Part shown: positions 1 to 10,228 of the stretch, one piece after another
How positions within the stretch are numbered: the first letter of the stretch is position 1
How the letters are laid out: each line of letters begins with the position of its first letter
Origin: Acidimicrobiia bacterium
GTDB lineage: Bacteria > Acidobacteriota > Vicinamibacteria > Vicinamibacterales > SCN-69-37
Assembly: GCA_045862915.1 (NCBI GenBank)
Contig: BTVE01000005.1
Span: forward strand, 21,970 to 85,969
DNA length: 64,000 nucleotides
Reading direction: 5' to 3'
Made by a program: the position numbers and the translations under genes
Notes under the pieces: generated by a model
What the model saw: the letters and a program-made list of their open reading frames with translations, nothing else
Told to the model about the DNA's origin: nothing
Database searches by the model: none

Positions 1-411
1 GCCGGCCGAGCCCCACGAGGTGCCGGTGAGCATCGAGAAGATGCCCGGCACCACGAAAGCCAGCGCGTACAGCCATTGCGGCGCCAGCAGCTGGACACCC
101 CAATACACGAGCATCGGGATGATGCCCGCGACCATCCAGCTGCCGATCAACATGCCGATGGCCGCGAGGATGAAAAAGCCCGGGATGCCTCGGCCCATGC
201 GCGCGACGATGGACGCCTGGATGTCGTCCCAGGAATGCCCCAGGCGATACAGGTGTGCGACCGCAAACACGGACGCAAGCGGGAAGACCACTTCGAGCGG
301 CAGCGACGGCTGGCCGAACGCCAGCGGGCGCAGCACCAGTCCGTAGAGGATCAGCACCGCCAGCACCCCGATGGGCGCGGCGGCTTGGCCGAAGCTGACG
401 GGTGTCGCCAC
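1..411 (-). CDS. NhaC-family Na+/H+ antiporter, N-terminal part (runs off the window start; absent from the ORF track)
   Basis: Manual translation from GTG 411: ...LGHSWDDIQASIVARMGRGIPGFFILAAIGMLIGSWMVAGIIPMLVYWG...LTGTSWGSAG. Parallels the NhaC at 24369-25835 (LIGSWILAGVVPTMIYYG...TGSSWTTAG). Confidence 0.8.
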   Translation of the reverse strand, partial: MATPVSFGQAAAPIGVLAVLILYGLVLRPLAFGQPSLPLEVVFPLASVFAVAHLYRLGHSWDDIQASIVARMGRGIPGFFILAAIGMLIGSWMVAGIIPMLVYWGVQLLAPQWLYALAFVVPGIFSMLTGTSWGSAG

Positions 412-420
412 GACGAGTGG

Positions 421-3294
421 TTATCGGCCCTGGCGCTCGAGCGCCGTCACGCCGTCCGTCATCCACTTCTCGGCCGGTGCGCCCTTCAGGTAGTGATCGA
501 ACCACTGACGGATGCGACGGTGATAGTCGACCTGGTTCTTCTTCACGCGCAGGCCATGGTCTTCGCCGTTGTAGACGAGCATCACGACGTTCTTCTTTGC
601 TCGCCGCGCAATGTTGTAAAACTCCACCGACTGGTGCCAGTAGACCGTGCCATCGTTGTCGCCGGTCATCAACAGCATCGGCGTCGTCATGGTCGAGATC
701 CCGAAGACGGCCGAGTTGCGGATGTAGCGCTGAAGATCCTCGTACAGCGGCACGACCATGCGCTGCTGCCCGGTCTCGATGTGGTCCGTTTCAGCGATGC
801 CGGACGAGAAGTGGTGGCTGCCGTAGTTGCTGATCAGGTTCGAGATGCCGGCGCCGGAGACCGCAGCGGCAAAGACCTTCGAGTGGGTCGACAGGTACAT
901 CGAGTCGAAGCCGCCCCAGGAGTGGCCCATGACGCCAACCTTGGCTGCGTCGACCATGCCCTTGTCGGTAACCGCCTTGACCGCAGCCGTGACGCTTTCC
1001 ACCACCGACACGCCGGGCTCACCGGGCTGGAAGATGATGTCCGGCTGATAGTAGAAGTAGCCGTTCTGCGTCAGCGACGTGCCGTTGTAGTAGTCGCGTT
1101 CGCTCGGATTCTGGAAGCGGTGCAGACCGTCGGACAACTTTTCGTAGAGGTACACCACCATCGGATACTTGCGGCCCGGCTCGTAGTTGGCGGGGTAGTG
1201 GAGGATGCCCTGAAGCGTGGTCTTTGGCTGTCCCTTCCACTGCACGGTGTAGGTGACCAGCTCGGACTTCGTCCACGCGTACTTCGACAGGAACGGGTTG
1301 GTCTCGGTCGCCTGCACGGTGTTCTTCAGGTCTGCGCCGCTCGTGAACAAATCGGGAGAATCGTCTGCTGCCTGCGCAGAGTGGATGTAGACGTCCGCCT
1401 TCTCGGCCTTCACGAGTCCCGAGATGCTCTTGTCCGCCAGCACCAGGCGCTCCACCGTCGTCGATCCATTCGTCGTCGACAGCCGGCCGTAGCCGGACTG
1501 TTTGCTCGCGGTGCCGAAGAGAGACACATAGCCGCCCGACAGCTCGACCGGGGCCGGAGGCGCGCCGAAGCCGGCAGCGTCCACACGGGTGTAGCGATGA
1601 CGCACCTGATCCGCGGTGCCATTGGTGAGCCGTGTTGCCGTGCGTCCATCCGGCGTCACCGACCACATGTCGAACTTGTCATACAGCACGACCGCCGCAT
1701 CGTCCGCCGTCCAACCCGCGGAGCCGAACATCGGCTTTTCCGGCGCGGTGCTGTCGGATTCGGTATCGACGAAGGAAGTCTTCACCGTGCGCGTGATGTT
1801 GGTTTCGCGGCCCGTCGCCAGATCAATCGTCCACCAGTGTCCACCGCTGTTGTGGAGCACGTATTTGCCTGTTGGACTCACTGAGGCGCCGCCCGTCACG
1901 TTCGTCTTGAGCGGGCGACGTGTGCCGGTGCTCAGGTCGGCGATGAACAGGTCGGTCGCTCCGCGACCAATCGAGCGCTCCATCAGATACGGGGTGAACA
2001 CACTGACCAGCGCGCTGCGTGTGCCGCGAATCGGCGAGACGGATTCGTCGAAGGACTCGCCGACCACCGTGATCGTATTCCCCGCCAGATGCCACACTGC
2101 CGGAAGATTGCGTCGGCGGTCCGTATTGACGCGGAGCTTCTGGGCTGGCATGACGATGTGGTCGTTCCAGTGCCAGATGTCGACATCCGGCTTCTCGTTG
2201 GCAGCCGCGCGGCCTCGGCCGCCGGCGCGACCGCGGCCGCCCTCGGGAACCGCAGGTTTGTCCGGCCATTCAGCCACGCCGAGCATGATCATCGGGCTGC
2301 CACCAGCGGGACCATCAAGCCAGCTCGGCCGCCGCGAGCTCGAGAGCCGCTGACCACGCAACGTCTCCGCGCCGTTGGTCGTGGGGTCCAGCGTGCGGAC
2401 CTGTTGATTCGGCTGACCCACCGACAGCCAGGCCATGGCCACTTCGGTCGGACCATCCTTTGTATCGACGGCCTTGGAGCGAAGGACGGCGAGGTCCGAC
2501 GAATCGTCGCGCCACGTGAGGCCGGAGTAATCCGCGCTCGCGGCGTGCAGGACGGTGAGACGCGACGTGGCCGCATCAAACAGGTGCACGCCATTCCCCG
2601 CCTGGCCGTCGGCGCTGATGATCATCGCCAGCAACCGTCCGTTGTCAGTCGGCTGCCACGCGTACTCGGTGACGTTGCCGAATGTCGTCTCGGTGCCTGT
2701 CTTCAGATCGCGCACCAGCAGCGTCGTCCCAATCGGCGCGGCCGCAGCGGCACTGCCGCCGGCAGCACCTGCTCCGCCACCTGCACCACCTGCGGCGGCT
2801 GCATTGCCGGCCGGCGCGGGCGCGTAGCGTTTCATCGCGACGGCCTGCCCCGCGCGGTCGAACGCAAACGACTCGATGCCTTCGATGATGGTCTCGCTGC
2901 CCGTGGCAAGTTCATAGAGGCCCAGCTTGCGACGGATGGGCGTGCGCGCGGTCCGCATCCGTTCGGTCTCTTCTTCCGAATAGCCGATGCCATACGCGAT
3001 CCAGTCGGAGCCGCTTGTGAACGACGCGCCCGACGCGTACTCCACGACCTTCACTGGTGCACGCTCGCCAACACGGGCCAGTCGCAGCTCGTTCTTGCCG
3101 CCGACGCGGTTGATGGCGTAGAGCAGCCACTTGCCGTCGGGCGACAGTCCTCCTCGGGAGGCGCCGGCACTGACCGATTCGAACTGGTCGTAATCGGCGG
3201 GTGTCAGTGTGGGCTTGGACTGCGCTGAAACAACTGCCGTGAGCAGAACGGCCAGGACTCCCAGCCGCAGGAGAACAGTGGGCATGCGGTGCAT
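421..3294 (-). CDS. Secreted S9-family (prolyl oligopeptidase/DPP-IV-like) peptidase
   Basis: Signal peptide after MHRMPT, beta-propeller-like region, GHSWGG nucleophile, DGTV Asp, GEDH His. Start moved to ATG 3294, 7 nt after a TAGAAT box. Confidence 0.85.
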   Translation of the reverse strand: MHRMPTVLLRLGVLAVLLTAVVSAQSKPTLTPADYDQFESVSAGASRGGLSPDGKWLLYAINRVGGKNELRLARVGERAPVKVVEYASGASFTSGSDWIAYGIGYSEEETERMRTARTPIRRKLGLYELATGSETIIEGIESFAFDRAGQAVAMKRYAPAPAGNAAAAGGAGGGAGAAGGSAAAAAPIGTTLLVRDLKTGTETTFGNVTEYAWQPTDNGRLLAMIISADGQAGNGVHLFDAATSRLTVLHAASADYSGLTWRDDSSDLAVLRSKAVDTKDGPTEVAMAWLSVGQPNQQVRTLDPTTNGAETLRGQRLSSSRRPSWLDGPAGGSPMIMLGVAEWPDKPAVPEGGRGRAGGRGRAAANEKPDVDIWHWNDHIVMPAQKLRVNTDRRRNLPAVWHLAGNTITVVGESFDESVSPIRGTRSALVSVFTPYLMERSIGRGATDLFIADLSTGTRRPLKTNVTGGASVSPTGKYVLHNSGGHWWTIDLATGRETNITRTVKTSFVDTESDSTAPEKPMFGSAGWTADDAAVVLYDKFDMWSVTPDGRTATRLTNGTADQVRHRYTRVDAAGFGAPPAPVELSGGYVSLFGTASKQSGYGRLSTTNGSTTVERLVLADKSISGLVKAEKADVYIHSAQAADDSPDLFTSGADLKNTVQATETNPFLSKYAWTKSELVTYTVQWKGQPKTTLQGILHYPANYEPGRKYPMVVYLYEKLSDGLHRFQNPSERDYYNGTSLTQNGYFYYQPDIIFQPGEPGVSVVESVTAAVKAVTDKGMVDAAKVGVMGHSWGGFDSMYLSTHSKVFAAAVSGAGISNLISNYGSHHFSSGIAETDHIETGQQRMVVPLYEDLQRYIRNSAVFGISTMTTPMLLMTGDNDGTVYWHQSVEFYNIARRAKKNVVMLVYNGEDHGLRVKKNQVDYHRRIRQWFDHYLKGAPAEKWMTDGVTALERQGR

Positions 3295-3304
3295 GCCCGG
3301 CATT

Positions 3305-4534
3305 CTACTTCGCGGGGTAGGTTCTGACGACGTAGTCGTCGACGAGCGCCTGGAAGGCCGTGGCCAGTTCCTCGTAGGTGCCGCGAAGTGTTGTGGCGTG
3401 TTCACCGTCGATGAACACGGGGCAGTTCGGCGCCTCACCGGTGCCCGGGAGGGAGATGCCGATGCTGGCCGCCTTGGATTCTCCGGGGCCGTTCACGACG
3501 CAGCCCATCACCGCGACCGTCATCGCTTCGACGCCGGGGTGACGGGTCTTCCAGACCGGCATCATCTCGCGCACGTAACCCTGAATGCGCTCGGCCAGTT
3601 CCTGGAACGTGGACGACGTCGTGCGGCCGCAGCCGGGGCAGGCGGTAATCGCCGGCGCGAAGGAGCGCAGCCCGAGCGCCTGGAGGATCTCGCAGGCGGC
3701 ATACACCTCTTCGCGGCGATCGCCGCCGGGACGAGGTGTCAGCGAGACACGGATCGTGTCGCCGATACCTTCGTTGAGCAACACACCCAGTGAGGCGGCC
3801 GACCACGTGAGGCCTTTGATGCCCATGCCGGCTTCGGTCAGGCCGAGGTGCAGCGGTTGATGGGTCTTCTTCGCCAGGTCGCGATAGACGGCAATCAGGT
3901 CGCGCGGGCGCGAGACCTTGCACGAGATGATGATCTGGTCCGTGCGCATCCCGCTGTCGAGCGCGAGTTCGGTGGACTGCAGCGCCGACAGCACCATGCA
4001 TTCGTTCAGGATGTCTTCCGACGACTTGCCGAGGTTGCGGTCGGTGTTCTCCTGCATCCGCGCCATCACCAGTTCCTGGTTCAGCGACCCGCCGTTGACG
4101 CCGATACGCACCGGCTTCTGGTGTTCGATGGCGACTTTGCAGATGGTGGAGAACTGCTCGTCGCGCCGGCGTCCGGTTCCGACATTTCCCGGATTGATGC
4201 GGTACTTGTCGAGCGTGCGGGCGGTCTCCGGGTAACGGGTGAGTAACAGGTGCCCGTTGTAATGGAAGTCACCGATGAGCGGTGCGGTGCAGCCGGCATC
4301 CAGCATCCGCTGCTTGATTTCGGGCACCGCCGCAGCAGCCTCGGGTGTGTTTACCGTCACGCGCACCATTTCGGACCCGGCTTCCGCCAGTTCCACGCAC
4401 TGGCGGGCGGTAGACTCCGCATCCGCCGTATCCGTCATCGTCATGCTCTGGACGACGACCGGCGCGCCGCCGCCGACCTGCACATTGCCGACTTTTACGC
4501 CAAATGTTTTGTGGAGCCGAACCGGAACGCTCAT
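3305..4534 (-). CDS. ispG: 4-hydroxy-3-methylbut-2-en-1-yl diphosphate synthase
   Basis: [28 protein letters not shown] and [11 protein letters not shown] Fe-S motifs. Confidence 0.95.
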   Translation of the reverse strand: MSVPVRLHKTFGVKVGNVQVGGGAPVVVQSMTMTDTADAESTARQCVELAEAGSEMVRVTVNTPEAAAAVPEIKQRMLDAGCTAPLIGDFHYNGHLLLTRYPETARTLDKYRINPGNVGTGRRRDEQFSTICKVAIEHQKPVRIGVNGGSLNQELVMARMQENTDRNLGKSSEDILNECMVLSALQSTELALDSGMRTDQIIISCKVSRPRDLIAVYRDLAKKTHQPLHLGLTEAGMGIKGLTWSAASLGVLLNEGIGDTIRVSLTPRPGGDRREEVYAACEILQALGLRSFAPAITACPGCGRTTSSTFQELAERIQGYVREMMPVWKTRHPGVEAMTVAVMGCVVNGPGESKAASIGISLPGTGEAPNCPVFIDGEHATTLRGTYEELATAFQALVDDYVVRTYPAK

Positions 4535-4596
4535 GCAGCTTCGATTCTATCGATGGCCGCGGGGCGTCCGCCGCGGTCAGAAGAAGTAGGCAATTT

Positions 4597-4620
4597 GTAG
4601 GGCGGGGCTTTAGCCCCGCC
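4597..4620 (+). repeat. GTAG-type REP-like palindrome
   Basis: GTAG-GGCGGGGCT-TT-AGCCCCGCC; near-identical copy at 39129-39152 on the minus strand. Confidence 0.75.
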
Positions 4621-4654
4621 ACCAAACGACCGATACATGTTCGAGGTTATCTGG

Positions 4655-5512
4655 ATGACGAAGCGAGTGCTGGCCACTGCGGTGGCGTTGTTGGTGTTGG
4701 GCGTGGGGCAGGCATGGGCGCAGGCGCCCGTGACGGAGGCGGACCTGAAGCGCCTGGAGACGTCTGCCGGCGATATCGGGCATGCGTCCGGGATGCTGGC
4801 CAAGACCGACCCCACGCAGGCGGCCGAGGTTGACCGCCAGCTGGCGCTGCTCAAGGAAGAGATTGTCTACCTGCGCGTGAAGCTTCGCCGCGGCGGGGTG
4901 ACGCGGGCCGAATATGCGGACGTGCGCGATCGGCTCGAGACGCTCAGGGTGCGCGCCACGGGCGAAAAGGTGACCGCGCAGCCCGTTGTGGCCGACGATC
5001 CGCAGAAGGGTGACCGCATCTGGGTGTTGCCTGTTGGCACGGAGCTGGATGTGCGCCTGCAGACGGCACTTAACTCCGCCACAGCCAAGGTCGAAGAACG
5101 GTTTGAAGCCACCACGATCGTTGACTACACGGTTGGCGACACCGTGGTGGTGCCCGCAGGTACCGTGGTGCGCGGTTTTGTCGGATCGGTGCGACCGGCC
5201 GGCAGGGTCAATCGCCAGGGCAGCTTGACGCTGTCGTTTGACGAGGTCCTCCTCAAGAGTGGCCCCACACGGATGCGCGCGACGGTCACCAAGGCGCTCG
5301 ACGGCAAGATGAGCGACGACCTCGGTCGTGTTGGTGCGGGTGCTGTCGTCGGTGCGGTGCTGGGCGGGATTCTTGGTGGCGGCAAGGGCATGTTGCTCGG
5401 TGTGCTGGTGGGCGGTGGCGGCACCATCGCGGCGACCGATGGCACTGACGTGAACCTGACGCCTGGCACCATCCTCCGGATCCGGATCGACGCGCCGCTC
5501 GAAGTGCGCTGA
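4655..5512 (+). CDS. Exported protein with coiled N-terminus and C-terminal TrbI/VirB10-like beta domain plus glycine zipper
   Basis: GAGG RBS; signal peptide MTKRVLATAV...AWA; LPVGTELDVRL, VPAGTVVRG, GAGAVVGAVLGGILGGGKG. Confidence 0.6.
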   Translation: MTKRVLATAVALLVLGVGQAWAQAPVTEADLKRLETSAGDIGHASGMLAKTDPTQAAEVDRQLALLKEEIVYLRVKLRRGGVTRAEYADVRDRLETLRVRATGEKVTAQPVVADDPQKGDRIWVLPVGTELDVRLQTALNSATAKVEERFEATTIVDYTVGDTVVVPAGTVVRGFVGSVRPAGRVNRQGSLTLSFDEVLLKSGPTRMRATVTKALDGKMSDDLGRVGAGAVVGAVLGGILGGGKGMLLGVLVGGGGTIAATDGTDVNLTPGTILRIRIDAPLEVR

Positions 5513-5530
5513 GCGCGTACAATCGGCGGC

Positions 5531-6040
5531 ATGACGCACGCCGAGCGTATCTCGCAGACGGTCGCGGCCTTCGAGGCGGCGATGGATCGGTTTCTTGGCC
5601 GGCTCGAATCGTTGTCCGACGCCGAGGCTGAGCGGCCCGGGGCGGAAGGCGGCTGGTCGCCTGCGCAGATCGCGTGGCACGTGGCGGCGACCAACGAGGG
5701 GTTTGCCGGGCTTGTGGACGGCTCACGACCGCTGGCGCGCGCACCGGAGCCAGACTTCGTCGAGACGCCGTTCCCCGAGATTCAGGCTCGTGTCCCCGAC
5801 CGGCTTGAAGCGCCAGAGATGTTCACGCCTCCGGCGAACGTGTCGCGTGTGGACGCGTTGTCGCGCGCGCGCGAGTCGCGCTCCCGTTTCGCCACTGCGT
5901 ATCGTGGGCTCGACGAAACCCGTGCGCACCTCACGATCAAGAGCATTCTGGGCCTGCTGACCGTGTATCAGGTGGGCGACTGGGCCGTGGCACACGTCGC
6001 CCGGCACAACGCCCAGGTCAAACGCGCCATCGGCCAGTAG
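5531..6040 (+). CDS. DinB-like (DinB_2) protein
   Basis: WSPAQIAWHV near the N-terminus and HVARH at the C-terminus. Confidence 0.75.
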   Translation: MTHAERISQTVAAFEAAMDRFLGRLESLSDAEAERPGAEGGWSPAQIAWHVAATNEGFAGLVDGSRPLARAPEPDFVETPFPEIQARVPDRLEAPEMFTPPANVSRVDALSRARESRSRFATAYRGLDETRAHLTIKSILGLLTVYQVGDWAVAHVARHNAQVKRAIGQ

Positions 6041-6060
6041 CAGGCGCTACAATGGCGCCC

Positions 6061-7536
6061 ATGCGAACCCGACTTCTTCCCGCATTGGCGACGGCGGTCA
6101 CCGTGGCCGCGTCCTCGTCCTTCCTGTCCGCCCAGGCGCAGCAGCCGGATCAGGCGATGATTGCCCGCGCGCGCGGCATTCATGACCGCGTGATCACGAT
6201 GGACACACACGTGGACATCTCGCCGGCGCGCTTCACGCCCACCTGCAACTACACCATGCGCCTGACGACGCAGGTGAATCTGCCGAAGATGAAGGAAGGC
6301 GGGCTCGATGCGCCGTTCCTGATTGTGTACGTCGGTCAGGGGCAGCTCACCGAAGAGGGGTTCGACAATGCCTACCGGCAGGCCGTCGAGAAGTTCGAGG
6401 CCGTGCATCGGTTGACGAAGGAGATTGCGCCGAACGAGATCGAGCTCGCCCTGACGCCGGCTGATGTCGTGCGGATCGCGAAGTCGGGCAAAAAAGTCGC
6501 GATCATCGGGATTGAAAACGGCTACCCGGTCGGCACCGACCTCGAGCGGGTGAAGGAGTTCTACGAGCGCGGCGGGCGCTACATGTCGCTCGCGCACAAC
6601 GGCAACTCGCAGCTGGCGGACTCCAACTCCACCGAGGCGGCCAACGGCGGCATCCACGGTGGGCTCAGCGAGCTGGGCAAGCAGGTCATTGCCGAGATGA
6701 ACAAGTGGGGGATGATGGTCGACATCTCGCATCCCTCCAAGCAGGCGAATCTGCAGGCGATTGCGCTGTCGAAGGCCCCGGTCATTGCGTCGCATTCTGC
6801 GGTGCGCGCACTGGCCAATCACTCGCGCAATCTGGATGACGAGACGTTGCTCGCGCTCAAGAAAAACGGTGGCGTGATGCAGACCGTGGCGTTTGCGAGT
6901 TACGTGAAGGTGGACAACAACGCGCAGGCGCGGCAGGATGCGGTGCAGGCACTGCAGCAGGAGTTTGGTGTGGCTGCTCCCGCCGGTGGCGGCCGTCAGG
7001 GCGGCGCGCGGGGTGGTGCGGCTGCGCCCGCCGGCGGACGCGCGGCGGGTGGTGGTCGTCAGGGCGCCGGTGCGGGGGCACCGGCAGCCGGGCAGGCGGT
7101 GGCGTGCCCGGTGGAATCGGATGACCCTGCCGGTACGGCGCCTGCGGCCGCGCGTGGTGGCGGTGGCGGCCGCGGCGGCGGCAACCAGGCGGCCATTGCG
7201 GCGCTGCCCGAAGAACGCCGCGCCGAGTATCAGCGCCGCCTGTCGGAGATCAACGCGAAGTATCCGGTGCCCGAGCGCGCAACGGTCGCCGACTTTGTGG
7301 ATCACATCGACTACGCCGTGAAACTCATCGGCATCGATCACGTCGGCATTTCGTCGGACTTTGATGGTGGTGGCGGTGTGACCGGCTGGAACAGCGCGTC
7401 CGAGACGTTCAACGTCACGTTGGAACTGGTGCGCCGCGGCTACACCGAAGAGCAGATCGCCAAGTTGTGGAGCGGCAACCTGCTGCGTGTGTGGGGCGAA
7501 GTCGAAAAGGTCGCGAAGCAGCTCCAGGGCAAGTAG
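6061..7536 (+). CDS. Secreted membrane-dipeptidase (M19) family protein with Gly/Ala/Arg-rich insertion
   Basis: DTHVD, IENG, DISH, IASHS, SSDFDGGG; signal peptide. The track's ATG 6052 lies inside the TACAAT box, so 6061 is preferred. Confidence 0.9.
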   Translation: MRTRLLPALATAVTVAASSSFLSAQAQQPDQAMIARARGIHDRVITMDTHVDISPARFTPTCNYTMRLTTQVNLPKMKEGGLDAPFLIVYVGQGQLTEEGFDNAYRQAVEKFEAVHRLTKEIAPNEIELALTPADVVRIAKSGKKVAIIGIENGYPVGTDLERVKEFYERGGRYMSLAHNGNSQLADSNSTEAANGGIHGGLSELGKQVIAEMNKWGMMVDISHPSKQANLQAIALSKAPVIASHSAVRALANHSRNLDDETLLALKKNGGVMQTVAFASYVKVDNNAQARQDAVQALQQEFGVAAPAGGGRQGGARGGAAAPAGGRAAGGGRQGAGAGAPAAGQAVACPVESDDPAGTAPAAARGGGGGRGGGNQAAIAALPEERRAEYQRRLSEINAKYPVPERATVADFVDHIDYAVKLIGIDHVGISSDFDGGGGVTGWNSASETFNVTLELVRRGYTEEQIAKLWSGNLLRVWGEVEKVAKQLQGK

Positions 7537-7540
7537 GGGC

Positions 7541-10144
7541 CTAATCCAACCCCAGCCGCTTCCGCTTCACGAACAGTCCTTTGCGCGAGATGCCGAGCAG
7601 CTGTGCGGCGTCCGTGACCTTCCCGCGGGTCTGGTCGAGCGCGCGTTCGATGAACGCGCGTTCGACTTCATCAACAGCCAATTCGAGCGGCTGATCCAGG
7701 CGCACGGTCACATGAGGTCCGGACGGCACGTCGCTGCGTGGATGCGCCGCGTGCCACGGGCCGGCGACGTCGTGTGAAAGATCATCACTCCGCAAGGTGG
7801 CCTCATCGTCGGCGACGGCCACCATTCGGCGGATCTCGTTGTACAACTGCCTCAGGTTGCCCGGCCAGTCGTAGAGCAGAAATGCGGCCACGACATCGTC
7901 ACCGACCGTGATGTGATGTCGGCCGCATTCAGCCATCGCCTTGCGCACGAAGAACGCCGTGAGCGCGGGGATTTCGTCCTTGCGTTCCCTGAGTGGGGGT
8001 AGTGACAGCGCCGCGACGCGCAGGCGGTACAGCAGATCGCTCCGGAACCGTCCCTGTTCAACCATCGTTTCCAGCCGTGCGTTGGTGGCAGCGACCACGC
8101 GCACGGACACACGCATCGGTTTGGCGTCCCCCACCGGATGGACCTCGCCGCACTCGAGAAACCGCAGCAACTTCGGCTGCAGCGCCAGTTCCAGGTCGCC
8201 GATTTCATCCAGGAAGAGTGTGCCGTGGTCCGCGCTGCGGATGACGCCGGCCGACGACTCATGGGCGCCGGTGAATGCGCCGCGCCGGTGGCCGAACAGC
8301 TGGCTCTCGACGAGATCCCGCGGAATGGCGGAGGCATTAAAGGGAACGAATGGGCCGCGCCTTACTTTGCTGCTGTCGTGAATCAGCCGTGCGAAGACTT
8401 CCTTGCCTGTGCCGGTTTCACCCGTAATGAGGATGGGCAGGTCGGTCGTGGCCAGGCGTTCGGTGATGCGCAGCAGTTCCTGCATCCGCGGCGACCAGAA
8501 CACTGTGTCGTCCGGGCTGTTGGGCATCGTCATCGGCCACAGCCGTTCATCCGCATCGTCGTCCTTGTTGACGGAGGCGCCAAGCAGGTCGGTGACGCTT
8601 TTGACGATGGCGACTTCCTCGAGGGAGGCCAGATCCTGGACGTCGATCGTAATCGTGCGGTCGTTGTTCGACAGGTCGATGCGGCAGCCCTGGCTGCCCC
8701 GGAACTCCCACGATGCCGTCAGGGCACTGGTGGCCTGGTCGTGTCCCTCTGGGCGTTCACTGAGGCGGACGCGCGTGCGCAGCGGCGTGTCGTGCAGCAA
8801 CGACCGCACGCGTTCGGCCATCAGGTCGAGTGAGCGACCGGCGTTGAGGATGGCGGCCGCATTGCTCAGAAGCAGCGCGCTGTTGTCGGTATCAGCTTGC
8901 CGCCGTCGTTCAAGTGGTGGGGCGCCCTGAGACGCACCGCCCGGGCTGTTCGCGCGTTCGTGTTCGGCGATCCATCCGAGGAAGCGATGTTCGATCGCGT
9001 CACAGGCGCGGGCGGCGCGATCGAAGTGCCGCTGGGCCTGCACGACGTCTCCGCGATGCGCGAGACACACGGCGGTGGCGGTTTCGACGTGAATCATCGG
9101 GTCGACGGCGCCCTTGGGGCAAGCGCTCATTGCCCCGACGAGTGACGTATTGGCGGCGTCGTGCTGCCCGAGGCGTGCGAGGGCTTTTGCTCGGGCCGCC
9201 AGCAGCGTGGCCCGCCAGGTGCGGAGGTGGCGACGCTCGAGCTCCGGATCTGCCTCGTCGACGATGGCGACGATGTTGGTCCATTCTCCGCGGAGGGAAT
9301 GGAAGAGGCAGCGGGTGATCTGGTGCGTCAGGTCGTACCAGGACCTGGCGGGCACACGCTGGGTCGCGATCGTCTTACGGCACTGTTCGATCAGGTCGGC
9401 GGCTTCGGCGAGGTTGCCGAGCCGACAGCGGTGTGCGACGAGAGTGTCTAGAATGCCCAGCCTGAGGAAGCTCAGTTGACCGACGCGGCCGAGGGCTTCG
9501 TCGGCGAGTCTGACGGACGTTTCATTCTGTCCAGTCCACAAGAGGAGTTGGCTGAGATTGCCCAAGAGGCCGACAATGGGCATCAAGGTTATCTGCTGTT
9601 GAGCCAAACGCAGGCCATCCGCAGTTCTGCTGAGTGCCGTCCTTAGGTCGCCTGAGCTGGTCGCCACGCTCGCTTCGAGCAGATTGACCGCATCTGTCAA
9701 AGACGCCTCCCTGCTACTGCGTGCCAAACCTCTCGCAATGTCCAAATGGACAACAGCATCGGCGAGCGAGCCCCGAAGCGTCTCAAGCTTCGCGACGGCG
9801 ACGTGAAGGCGGGCGATTGACGCCGCATCCCCAATCTCGGTTGCTTTGTGTCGAAGCCGCGCAAGTAGAGGGGCCGTTTCGGACGGTGGGTAGAAAGGAG
9901 CTGCCCTAGAGACCCTGACGAACAGCAAATCGAGGCTCTCATGGGGGGCCGCAACTGATGATTCGTCGAGAGACGCCAACTGCTCCAGCGCACCAGAGGC
10001 ATCGCCCGAGTCGAACGTGGCGAGTGCCACTATTCGAAGGTCGCTTGGGGAGCTTGACCCGCAGTCTGCGACACACCGTATCGCAGCCTGGAGGTCGCCC
10101 GCAATGTACCGTTCCTGCGCAGTATCCAATGGTCCCCTGCCCAT
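7541..10144 (-). CDS. Sigma-54-dependent transcriptional activator (bEBP) with long N-terminal TPR-like helical region
   Basis: GETGTGKE Walker A, ESQLFGHRRGAFTGA, FLDEIG, WPGNLRQL, Fis-type HTH (AAQLLGISRKGL); no REC domain. Start is ATG 10144 or TTG 10216. Confidence 0.9.
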   Translation of the reverse strand: MGRGPLDTAQERYIAGDLQAAIRCVADCGSSSPSDLRIVALATFDSGDASGALEQLASLDESSVAAPHESLDLLFVRVSRAAPFYPPSETAPLLARLRHKATEIGDAASIARLHVAVAKLETLRGSLADAVVHLDIARGLARSSREASLTDAVNLLEASVATSSGDLRTALSRTADGLRLAQQQITLMPIVGLLGNLSQLLLWTGQNETSVRLADEALGRVGQLSFLRLGILDTLVAHRCRLGNLAEAADLIEQCRKTIATQRVPARSWYDLTHQITRCLFHSLRGEWTNIVAIVDEADPELERRHLRTWRATLLAARAKALARLGQHDAANTSLVGAMSACPKGAVDPMIHVETATAVCLAHRGDVVQAQRHFDRAARACDAIEHRFLGWIAEHERANSPGGASQGAPPLERRRQADTDNSALLLSNAAAILNAGRSLDLMAERVRSLLHDTPLRTRVRLSERPEGHDQATSALTASWEFRGSQGCRIDLSNNDRTITIDVQDLASLEEVAIVKSVTDLLGASVNKDDDADERLWPMTMPNSPDDTVFWSPRMQELLRITERLATTDLPILITGETGTGKEVFARLIHDSSKVRRGPFVPFNASAIPRDLVESQLFGHRRGAFTGAHESSAGVIRSADHGTLFLDEIGDLELALQPKLLRFLECGEVHPVGDAKPMRVSVRVVAATNARLETMVEQGRFRSDLLYRLRVAALSLPPLRERKDEIPALTAFFVRKAMAECGRHHITVGDDVVAAFLLYDWPGNLRQLYNEIRRMVAVADDEATLRSDDLSHDVAGPWHAAHPRSDVPSGPHVTVRLDQPLELAVDEVERAFIERALDQTRGKVTDAAQLLGISRKGLFVKRKRLGLD

Positions 10145-10228
10145 GCCAGTTTGGCGCGGGCTAGTATAGGGGCAATAAGAGGGCTCTGGACCAGTCTCCT
10201 GCACAAACTGGTACAAGAAAGTAAGGGC

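Noticed and set aside
76-1884. Long antisense ORFs (also 5968-7341, 39687-41123, 46906-48252 and others)
   Set aside because: Shadow frames of well-supported opposite-strand genes, expected in high-GC DNA.
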